NCBI RefSeq assembly: GCF_006345805.1
Contig: NC_042999.1
Span: forward strand, 3,844,001 to 3,908,000
Direction of reading: 5' to 3'
Length of the DNA: 64,000 nt
Origin: Octopus sinensis
Taxonomy: Eukaryota
The position numbers were made by a program, and so were the translations under genes. Numbering within the stretch: position 1 is the first letter of the stretch; every line of letters begins with the position of its first letter. The notes below the pieces were generated by a model. It searched no databases, had not been told where the DNA came from, and saw only the letters and a program-made list of their open reading frames with translations. Below are positions 53,860 to 64,000 of this stretch, one piece after another.

Positions 53860-54295
53860 AGTGGTACTGGCTTCTGTGCTGGTACTGGCTTTCGTGCTGG
53901 TGGCTGGTTTCTGTGCCGGTGGATCGTAAAAAGCACCATTTGAGCATGATTATTACCAGCGTAACCTTACTGGCACTTGTGCCAGTGGCATGTGAAAAAA
54001 CATTTGAGCAAGGTCGTTGCCAGTGTTGCTGGACTGGCTCCTGTGTGGGTGGAACATAAAAAAACCCATTTGAGCGTGGCCGTTGCCAGTACCGCCTGAC
54101 TGGGCCTCGTACCAGTGGCACGTAAATGCACCCACTACACTCTCGGAGTGGTTGGTGTTAGGAAGGGCATCCAGCTGTAGAAACTCTGCCAGATCAAGAT
54201 TGGAGCCTGGTGCAGCCATCTGGTTCACCAGTCCTCAGTCAAATCGTCCAACCCATGCTAGCATGGAAAGCGGATGTTAAACGATGATGATGATA
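53860..54295 (+). mobile_element. Family E RTE-type 3' end
   Basis: Four internal modules plus (GAT)n tail. Confidence 0.85.
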
Positions 54296-54309
54296 TATAT
54301 ATATATATA

Positions 54310-54552
54310 TATATATATACCAGAATAAGCACATAAATGTGAAACAAGGTGGAAAAGAAAGTACTCAAATACAGGAGGTAGAGTTATATGCTTTATTAAT
54401 AAAGCTGCAAAGACATCACTAACACTGTTACTCAGAGTCTCACATTCCCATTCATCGAACATCCTAAACAAAACTGTCCGAAGAATGGGAAAGTGAAACT
54501 CTGAGTAACAGTTTTTGTCATATCTTTGCCGCTCTTTTAATAAAGTATATAT
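54310..54552. mobile_element. Inverted pair of Penelope-like terminal repeats
   Basis: Arms ~54385-54460 and ~54476-54552 are imperfect reverse complements; each carries a hammerhead-like core. Confidence 0.65.
54470..54515 (+). ncRNA. Minimal type I hammerhead ribozyme-like fold
   Basis: Stem I aaaactgt/acagtttt (8 bp), core CCGAAGA, short stem II, GAAA, palindromic stem III ACTC-T-GAGT, GUA cleavage triplet at 54505-54507. Confidence 0.65.
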
Positions 54553-54650
54553 ATATATAGATTATTATATATATATATATTATGTATTATATTTTTATTT
54601 CTTTAACTTTATACATACATGCACAAATACATACAGCTGAAAAAGAAGTA

Positions 54651-54845
54651 ATTTCTACTCTTCTCCTCTGGAAGCCATCTACTCGCAACACCAGAGGGCG
54701 CACACTCTCCTACCCTGATGTAATCTCCAGGGATACAGGCATCCAGCAACAGGACCTCCGTAATGCTATGATGGACCGTGAAGTCTGGCGCAACATGGTA
54801 AATTCCATTGTCGCGACCACGGTCGAACAATGATGATGATGATGA
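54651..54845 (+). mobile_element. 5'-truncated RTE LINE insertion with intact ORF2 C-terminus
   Basis: STLLLWKPSTRNTRGRTLSYPDVISRDTGIQQQDLRNAMMDREVWRNMVNSIVATTVEQ*, matching the RTE C-terminal pattern; the stop is the first TGA of the (TGA)n tail. Confidence 0.88.
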
Positions 54846-56232
54846 CATACATATACTTACATGCACAAAACTATATAAACATAAGTGAATTGAACAATGA
54901 AACACACACTCACACATGTGCATGCACACACACACATACACACAGACATTTTTTAATGCTTTCACGAATCACTTATGTTCATGTATCTTTTGCATGTGTG
55001 TATGTATGTGTGAGTGTTTTATGTGCATGTATCTATAGAGGTAAAGAAATAATTTTTTACTGAAATTGCCAATTTTCACTTTCACCATGGTTATACCATC
55101 TCTGAAGCATTACCAAATATCAAATATCAATATTCAAGTATTACAACAGGTGTGATAGTAACATTTATTAAGAAGAAACATGGACAAGCTGCTTATTCAA
55201 AAATGAGTTTTATCTTGGGAGGCTCGAAAACAAAACAAAAAAATCAAACTGATTAGATTTATACCTTTAAGGGAGATTAAGGTGTGAAACTATACTACTG
55301 AGACAAAAGAGAAAAATTAAGTGAACCACAGTAATTATCTTGAAGGCAGTAATATATCTCATATGTTTGTTTATTAACTTATGTCTATTATATACTATTA
55401 TATAATCATATTATTTCTCAACCAGAAAGCTGTGTTGGGAGAAATTGCATAATTTTGGGTTGGCCAAGTCTCAGTTTAGATAATTTTAGATGAAAAGTAA
55501 AATAAAATATTTTACCAAATATTAATGATTAAAAAAATAGACTGTAGATATATTCTATTTTTTAAAAATATATATATTGGTTAAGCCTCACAAGATGGCT
55601 ACCAGAATCATTATAACAGCAGATAACTGGAGTCATGATAAAGATGTATATATATATATATATATATATAACCAGTCGCTATGCTTGATTGCTAAATCCT
55701 CACATTTTTTGTTCTCCGTCTGTTTATTTTCTTTAATCTCTTTCTGTTGAAGAGCGTAGGCTCGAAACATAAAAGGCTTTCTCACTTTCCTGACCATCAA
55801 ACTAATACACATGCTTGTTGTTCATACACTTGCCTTCATCTTTTGCTTTTCTGTAAATTTCAACAATATATATATATACATACATACAAATATATATATA
55901 TATGACAATCCTTCGGTAATGACAACATGCACTAATACAGAGGCATTGCCTTGTGTGTGTGTGCAAACACTCTTTATTTTTTAGTTCTATTTGTCCTACC
56001 AAACCTATTTATTGAGGTTGAAAATGTTAGAGCAAAATATATTCATACATTTTAAATGCAAACGAAAGATATGTATACATAAATATACACTTAGATTTGA
56101 GCCTGGTAATTCATTTGAATACAAAATATGCAAGAAACCATTATTTTAAGATAAAGGGTAAGAAGTACCAAAAGAAAGTTTCTGGAGAATTTGAAATGTT
56201 GTTGCATTCATTTTTTTGTTTATATTTTAAAG

Positions 56233-56300
56233 GATGAAAATGCCATTCTAAGTGCAAAAGAATATCTCCATAAATTTACATCGATGAATCTGGTTGTCAG
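56233..56300 (+). CDS. Candidate coding exon DENAILSAKEYLHKFTSMNLVV(R/S)
   Basis: Strong acceptor tttttttgtttatattttaaag, donor cag|gtacat, 68 nt, one frame open and two closed. Confidence 0.3.
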
Positions 56301-56544
56301 GTACATTATGAAAAACATTATGAAAATATGAGAGAGAAAATTAATAAAAATTTCACTACTTTAATTTTTGTGAGCGAAACCGGCAAAAAGGTTTTTCAGT
56401 ATTATGTACATGCGTGTGTAGACAGGGGAATATATATGTATGTATGTGTATGTATGTATGTATGTATGTATGTATGTATGTATGTATATATAAATATGTA
56501 TGCATGTATGTATATATACATATATATATATATACACACACATA

Positions 56545-57160
56545 GAGAGAGAGAGTCACATGCACAGATGCATGTGTCTTTGTGCATCACCGCTTGACAG
56601 CTAGTGTTTGGGTTGTTTGTGTCCCCATAACTTAGATTGGCAGAAGAGATAGAATAAACACCAGGATCAAATAATACATTCTGGGGTCGATTTCTTTGAC
56701 CAAACCTTTCAAGGCGGTGCTCCAGTATGGCCACAGTCCACTGATTAAAACTAAAGCTATATACAATAATCACTCACCATATCGTGGTTCACATTACAGA
56801 TTTTTCTGGCTTATATTCTTTTACTTGTTTCTGTCATTTGACTGCGGCCATACTGGAGCACCGCCTTCAGTTGAGCAAAGCGACCCCAGGACTTATTCCT
56901 TGCAAGCCGAGTATTTATTCTAATGTCCCTTTTGCCAAACCGCTAAGTTACAGGGACGTAAATACACCAACATAGGCTGTCAAGCGATGTTGGAAGGACA
57001 AACACACACACATATATATATGCCCGACAGGCTTCTTTCAGTTTCCGTCTACCAAATCCACTCACAAAGCTTTGGTCGGCCCGAGGCTATAGTAGCAGAC
57101 ACTTGCCCAAGGTGCCACGCAGTGGTAAGCAATCTACTTAACACACAGCCACACCTGCGC
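56545..57160. mobile_element. Family B 3' half (+, ~56545-56750) and family B (-, ~56815-57160), tail-to-tail
   Basis: Both match family B in opposite orientations. Confidence 0.85.
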
Positions 57161-57177
57161 CTATTATATGTAAATTT

Positions 57178-57645
57178 ATACCGCGGACTCCTCAGTATAT
57201 CGCGGTTTTATGCGGCCGATAGGTATTTATATTTTTTACATTTTAATTATTTCTGAGGTAAAATAAACACTTCAACACCTTAAAATTAATAAATAAAAAC
57301 ACAATACAGTACTGTATAATACATTAAAATATATTAAAAGAAATACGTAGTGTACCGTAGATGAGTAAACAAAGAATCGCACGTACTGTATGGAAAACGA
57401 AACTCGGGAGACTGTAAAAAGACAAGATACGGGTACTCCTAAGAGCGTGAGGAGAGTTTATAAAAGCGTAAATATACAAGATACGGGTACTCCTAAGAGC
57501 GTGAGGAGAGTTTATAAAAGCGTAAATATACTAAAATAATAAAATAAATATATACAAATTGTAAAAATAGTTTTAAAAAATACAGAATAGTTTCTACTTT
57601 GCGGATTTTCACCTATCCCGTAACACGGGAACGTAACACCCGCGA
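57178..57645. mobile_element. Decayed pogo/Tigger-like MITE with a perfect internal 54-bp tandem duplication (57422-57531)
   Basis: Ends ..tatatcgcggttt and cccgcgata resemble Tigger-type subterminal motifs; the outer TIRs are degraded; the duplication is read directly. Confidence 0.5.
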
Positions 57646-58478
57646 TACGAATTTATGAAAAATCTCTAACCAAATATTCAAATGTATGAAAAAATAATTC
57701 AATAAAGTTCGCCATAATCAAAGACCAAGATGGATAAATTGCAAATTAAAATATAAAAAAAAAATAGAGATAGGAAGGTTTGGTTTGCTTATATGAAAAC
57801 GTCGTTGACATACGAATGGATGTTTCTTCAAACACAGCAAGTGATATTTAAGTTCTACTTCTATACAGGATTGTTTGAGAAATTGCAGTTTGACTATTTA
57901 CATACTCTGATATTTATTGATACTTACAACTAAAATATAGCTAAGAGATACGAAATTTAAATGTAGCCATGACCCAACCACTTGTTAGTCTATAGAATTG
58001 TCAGTAGTTCTTCAGCTGTCATTCGCATTAAAACAAAATCGCAGTACAATAAATCAATGGAAGCCATATTTAAGACTGAACTCGTTTCTCTCTGCTGCAC
58101 TGAATGTCGTGTAAAGCGACACTCGCTCGTCTCAGATATTTCTGTGGAGTTTTTTTTTTTGTCTGTTTTGCATTTCTTTTTATTATTTATGAAGTAAATT
58201 TTTTTAGTAAACATCATTATTATTATTATTATCATCGCTAAGGAGGTGAGCTGGCAAAATCGTTATAGCATTGAATAAAAAATGCTTAGTTGCATGTTCC
58301 TACTCTTTACATTCTGAGCAGAAATACCCCTCAGGTTGACAATGTCTTTCATCCTTTCTAAGAGTCGATAAAAGTACTAATTTAGCACTGGGGAAGGCGG
58401 CGAGCTGGCAGAATCGTTAGCACGCCGGGCGAAATGCTTAGCACTATTTCGAAATGCTTACCACTATTTCGCGGTGCC

Positions 58479-58810
<332 letters not shown>

Positions 58811-58929
58811 AATTTTGATTGACAACTTTGAACATTTTTACTGATGAATATAAATAAAAATTTTGATTCCTTTTCGGTTTATCTATCTTTGGTGATGGCA
58901 TGAATAGGGACATGGGTTAATGAAGGTGA

Positions 58930-59130
58930 TGGTGGGGTCGGTAGCGATATTGAAGGAGGTGGCGGGAGTAGCAGTGTCAGTAGGGATACTGATTAAAGGA
59001 GGTTGTAAGACGGCGTCACGCATGCGCTTTAGCGCAATAAATTATCGTCTGCTCCATTGAAACTTTTAAAATCTGAATAACAGACGATGGAAGCGAACGA
59101 GAAACAAAGAGGAAGTTTATGGTAAGGTCG
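58930..59130. promoter_or_regulatory. Candidate CpG-rich promoter patch
   Basis: Non-repeat GC/CpG-rich stretch with GCGTCA (CRE half-site-like, 59013-18) overlapping ACGCATGCGC (NRF1-like, 59018-27), followed by ATG 59087 and donor tg|gtaagg at 59121/59122. Confidence 0.4.
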
Positions 59131-59320
59131 TTTTAGAATTTTATTCAAATAAACATCGTCACTTTACTAATATACTGCAGCAGAATAATATCGATAATGT
59201 TTTGATAGAAACTTAAACATTATCTAACATCTTTTTCTAAGATTTTGGTCACCTTTTTCCAATTGAATATTTCTACCATTTGAGGACATGTTTATATAAT
59301 AATAATAATAATGATAATAA

Positions 59321-59722
59321 GGAGTCGCTGTGTGGTAAGTAGCTTGCTAACCAACCACATGGTTCCGGGTTCAGTCCCACTGCGTGGCATCTTGGACAAG
59401 TGTCTTCTGCTATAGCCCCGGGCCGACCAAAGCCTTGTGAGTGGATTTGGTAGACGGAAACTGAAAGAAGCCTGTCGTATATATGTATATATATATATAT
59501 GTGTGTGTGTGTGTTTGTGTGTCTGTGTTTGTCCCCCTAGCATTGCTTGACAACCGATGCTGGTGTGTTTACGTCCCCCCGTCACTTAGCGGTTCGGCAA
59601 AAGAGACCGATAGAAGAAGTACTGGGCTTACAAAAGAATAAGTCCCGGGGTCGATTTGCTCGACTAAAGGCGGTGCTCCAGCATGGCCGCAGTCAAATGA
59701 CTGAAACAAGTAAAAAGAGAAG
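59321..59722 (+). mobile_element. Full-length young family B SINE
   Basis: Near-consensus and CpG intact. Confidence 0.92.
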
Positions 59723-59745
59723 AAAAAAATAATGATAATAATAAT

Positions 59746-60122
59746 AACAAGAGCACTCAGAGAGCGCAAACCTCCGCCAAGGCAACACCAACATCCTCTC
59801 AACGATTAGCCAGAAATGATTTTTAAAATGAGAATGTCTGAAATAAACTCGACTGCTCTAACAAACGTGAATACTAAAAATGAACCCGACTGCTCTCAAG
59901 AATTAAGTAAAAAAAAAAATTTTTTTTAAAGGGTAAAACAATCCAGAATCCTTGTTCTGTACCGGATCGATCCCAAATCTAATCAGTTCGTGCCAGTCAC
60001 AAGGCCAAACATTCTTGAAAGTTTCATCCGAATCCATCCAGCGGTTCTTGAGATATCTTGTCCACAGACAAACAAACACGGCTGAAAACAATGCTTCCGC
60101 CTTTGCTAAGGCGGAGGTTATA
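59746..60122 (-). mobile_element. Helentron-associated (DINE-1/HINE-like) non-autonomous element
   Basis: Subterminal inverted acctccgcc/ggcggaggt, hairpin cttccgcctt-tgct-aaggcggagg at one end and gcgctc-tct-gagtgc at the other, no TSD. Confidence 0.7.
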
Positions 60123-60134
60123 ATACTTTCTACT

Positions 60135-60290
60135 GAAGGTACAAGGCCTTGAAATTTTCGGGAAGGGGACTAGTCGATTACATCGATCCCAGTGTTTCAC
60201 TGGTACTTAATTAATCGAACCCCGAAAGGATGAAAAGCAAAGTCGTCTTTGGCGGAATTTGAACTCAGAACGTAGCGGCAGACGAAATAC
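60135..60290 (-). mobile_element. Family A SINE (partial)
   Basis: Reverse complement of the A body. Confidence 0.8.
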
Positions 60291-60396
60291 TAATACTACT
60301 AATAATAATGAAACAGTGCAGCAACTAAGACTTTCAGAAACATTATCAAATGCTTAGAACTGATGAAGTATGGAATAAACGGTAAATTGGTGGTAA

Positions 60397-60693
60397 TACT
60401 TAAGAACAGTGGTCCCGGTGCGCGCACTCGCGTATTCGCGCATCTGCGCTAGCTAGTCGTGACTAGTCGATCCTACAACGACTACCTAGCAAAGTAAATA
60501 AAACACAAAATAAATAATTTTTTTAACACAAAGTAAATAATTTTTGTTAAACAAAGTAAATAAAACACAAAGTAAATAATTTTTTAAACAAAATAAAACA
60601 CAAAAATACAAAGTAAGGATCGACTAGTCATGACTAGCTAGCGCGGATGCGCGAGTACGTGAGTGCGCGCACCGGGACCACTGTTCTTAAGTA
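60397..60693. mobile_element. MITE with 78-bp CpG-rich TIRs (74/78)
   Basis: 60397-60474 is the reverse complement of 60616-60693; the interior is an A-rich repeat (caaagtaaataa). Confidence 0.92.
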
Positions 60694-61673
60694 GTACCTC
60701 AGTTTTTAGCTACCAGGACACTTCATCCTTCAAAACTTTCATAATTCCCAAAATTGGCCAACACTATTTATTCCCGATGTGCGTATGGGGTGACCACAGA
60801 TCCAGGGAAGGAAATAGTTAAGTACAAGCTGGGGTTTTACGGCCCCTTCTGATAATATAACCTTTTTCATATATTATTGTCGAGATGTGACAATAGAGAA
60901 AAAAAATCGAATCCTGTAATCTGACAATGTTTTAACGCTGCTATTTTAGCCGGGGAAAAATAGAGAGGGACTTGAAAAGCAAGCAATGAAGGAAATTATA
61001 TTTTCAGTAGTCGATAGATCAAATTACCTGAATAAATAACATTTTTTTTTCATTCGCGGCAACATGGTAATGTGCCTCTATGTATGTGTATGTGTGTGTG
61101 TGTTGCCTCAGTAGCTATTTCCTGATCACAAATAACATCCACTAAGATACCACGATGCTCCTTACAATCTAATAACAAAGTATGATTTTCATCTCTTTCA
61201 AGAGAAGACTATTATTCCTTGTGGGAATAAATGTATTCGTATATTTAGATACAATCTCCTTAGCTTACCCAAGTCAACACTCAAAGACAAAATATATATA
61301 AATTCACTATTGACTCTTATTGGCCAAACAATTTATTTCCCTGACTACCTGATGCTCTGCAAACCCTTAAATTCTTTACTTTTAATTAATCTTCACTTAG
61401 TCCACATACTGCTACTAATTCTTGTATAGATAAAAAAAGAAGCGGAAAAAAAAACTCTGCTCTCATTCTTTCGTACAATAACCCATACACACATCTGCAG
61501 GGTTTAAAAAGAATGCGAAACTGTAATGCATGATCCAGCTATCAATTCATCTTGCCTATACAATTTTTTTTTTAATGTTCGCTTTTTGTATTCATTCTAT
61601 GAATGGACACACTCACGATGCTCGCTTTTGGCGTTGTTTATTGTAGAATATATATATCTAATGGTTAAAAAAA

Positions 61674-62065
61674 TCTCTCTATATATAAAGCTGAAGTTGT
61701 CTGTGTATGGCAGGTTTGATAACCTTCAACTAACACTTATCTCCCCCGAGACCCTGCGGCGCCAGTTGACCAAAATTGAGAGTATGATAGAAGAAGGCTT
61801 GCTCTACCTTACGTAGAAGAAAAATTCAAATCGGACCATGTTAACACCAAAAATTATTTACATCAAAAAGGTGCTTTTTTTCTATAAAAATCTCTATTTT
61901 TTACGATTTTTTGACTGCTGTGTCGCCATTTTTCGGTGTATTTCAACCAGAAAAATGTTCACTGAAAGAGAATAACAAGCTACATAATGCAAAATTTTTA
62001 CTTTTCAAAAATTCCAATTCTAAAGGGTCGAAACAAACCCGAGCAACGCCGGGCGATACTGCTAG
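61674..62065 (+). mobile_element. Non-autonomous Helitron-like element
   Basis: 5' TC after A, 3' hairpin cccgagcaacgccggg (62038-53) then CTAG before T; no TSD. Confidence 0.8.
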
Positions 62066-62134
62066 TCTTCTATACAAATAACATTGTTTTGAATAACGAG
62101 TAGCCAACCTCCTTACGCTGTACTCTTAATGTAA

Positions 62135-62310
62135 GACGGCGAGTTTAGCAGAATCGTTAGCACGCCGCGTAAAATGCCCAACGGCATTTTGTCGGTCTTC
62201 ATATTCTGAGTTCAAATTCCCATGTGGTTTATTCTGCCTTTCATCTTTTCGAGGCAGATAAAATAAGAACCGGCTGAGCACCGAAATTGCTGGCTGTGCT
62301 CCAAAATTTG
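62135..62310 (+). mobile_element. Family A SINE
   Basis: Head ggcgagtttagcagaatcgttagcacgcc and B box. Confidence 0.8.
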
Positions 62311-62327
62311 AAACCTATAAAGAAAGA

Positions 62328-62725
62328 CTAGCAGTATCGCCCGGCGTTGCTCGGGTTTGTAAGGGAAATAACTATATAAGCACTTTTAGAGATGTAAAGT
62401 ATAATAGCCATCTCAATATGGCTAACCACAAAGGGGGGGGGGTGTTACTGTAACTTTTTACGTTGAGATTTAACAATAAATTTTTAGAGAGTTACTTCCC
62501 TTATATATACCAAAAATGCATTAAAAATGGGAAAAATATGATGGTAAATTTTTTTTTAAATCGTAGACTCATCGTAGACGCGCGCTAATACCAAGAAGGG
62601 CTCGATATGAATCACGACTATAAGATACCCGTTTTTGGTTAAACTGCACCGCAAAATGTGGGAGCAGTTAGGAATCTAAATCGTAGGAGACAGACAGCAC
62701 ACAACCTTTCTTTTATATATAAAGA
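62328..62725 (-). mobile_element. Second non-autonomous Helitron-like element
   Basis: Same 3' terminus and similar 5' TC..tatatataaa as 61674-62065, but an unrelated interior. Confidence 0.8.
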
Positions 62726-63064
62726 TATGCAGCTTCATCACTTTCGGCATTGTGAATGCGTTAAAACTGTTTGTAACTCATTTTTTTGTCTTCCAATATA
62801 TGTCCTACTAATCAAGGTAGCTGCTGATGGGATTGATTTTTCTAAGCAATTTAGTCAGAAAAAATAAAAATTATTTCCTCCTTCCTTCTCTCTCTCTCTC
62901 TCTCTCTCTCTTAACTTAATTTTTATGGTTTGCATATTACTAATATATAATGTATTTAGTCATTAATCTTAATACTCTTAGTATATTGTGTACTCAATAA
63001 TATATACGATGTTAAATTATTGTTTTAGCAGTGTGACCTCGGAAGAAAGTTGTTCGTACTTTGC

Positions 63065-63270
63065 TCCGCTGGCAAAAACGTGAGCACGCCGGGCGAAAGG
63101 CTTAGCGCTATTTCGTCTGTCTTTACGTTCTGAATTCTAATTCCGCCCAGGTCAACTTTACCTTTCATCCTTTCGAGGTCGATAAATTAAGTACCAGTTG
63201 CGTACTGGAGTCGATCTAATCGACTGGTCCCTCCCCCAAAATTTCGGGCCTTGTGCCTAGAGTAGAAAAG
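63065..63270 (+). mobile_element. Family A SINE
   Basis: Body and 3' part match family A. Confidence 0.82.
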
Positions 63271-63539
63271 AATTTATAGCTGCCATTTTTGAAAGGGAAA
63301 GTGACATGTATAATATGTAAGTTTTCAAGATACACTACGCTTGAATAAAAGACGAGAAGGCCACATCTGTAACGCTTCTGGTCATAAATCTGCTGAATCA
63401 GAATTGACAGAGAGCTGAAGAACAAGTTAACCTATACGCGGTCGATAGCATAGCTAGAAATGACAACCAACTATCTCTCAAAACACAGGCTATTGTTTTA
63501 AAAGACGTATAAATTCACTAGAAAATGTAGTATTGTATT

Positions 63540-63714
63540 CAGGGGCGTAATCAGGTTCTAAAGTTAGTGGGAGTGAGCACGTAAAAAAGAGGCGCTGTGA
63601 CACAACAATTTATAACTCCCCGAAACATTTTGCAAAAAGGATCCAATTTTGAAGAATCTGCTCGGAGGTGGAGTAGCTGTCTCTCCACTTACTCTCCTAT
63701 AAGCTACGCCACTG
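63540..63714. mobile_element. hAT-like MITE (175 bp)
   Basis: TIRs caggggcgtaatc / agctacgccactg (10/13); flanks attgtatt / gttgtatt (7/8 TSD). Confidence 0.75.
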
Positions 63715-64000
63715 GTTGTATTGTAATCTAGGACAAAAGAGGCGGGGATAGTTATGGCTGTAACCAAGGCATCCGAGAGAAATTTCATTAAAAAAAAACC
63801 TGAGGTGATCAAGCCCTGACACGGAAGGGATCTTAAATTTTAAATAGCCTTGAGACTTTTTTTTCTTAATATATATTTTAATCTATCTTAGCATCTATGT
63901 CCCTCCAGGTCCTAGACATCTGTGCTGGTTGAATCCCACTGTTTTGTAGGCGCTGACTTGAACACATTTTATATTTTGCTTGTTCAGTGTTGACCGGGGG

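Overview
AT-rich, repeat-dense animal genomic DNA, most likely cephalopod (Octopus-like, judged from the SINE families and the (TA)n/(CA)n/(CAT)n load; recalled, not searched). There is no long credible ORF: nearly all ORFs in the track are microsatellite or SINE read-throughs. The window holds four tRNA-headed SINE families (my labels A-D), many 5'-truncated RTE-type LINE 3' ends (label E, (GAT)n tails), decayed RTE ORF2 pieces, hAT, mariner and TTAA-type MITEs, Helitron/Helentron-like non-autonomous elements, Penelope-like terminal repeats, two minisatellites and a ~1.45-kb tandem duplication. CpG is depleted left of ~57.2 kb and retained to the right, with a promoter-like patch near 59.0 kb. 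This suggests a long intron-rich gene body, but only low-confidence candidate exons can be proposed. The best second-look items are a complete minimal type I hammerhead-ribozyme fold in an inverted Penelope-like repeat (54470-54515), a recursive-splice-site plus cryptic-exon architecture (51387-51488), several long hairpins or inverted SINE pairs (dsRNA candidates), and a convergent pair of Helitron-like elements sharing termini but not interiors. All coordinates were read by hand; repeat boundaries are approximate.
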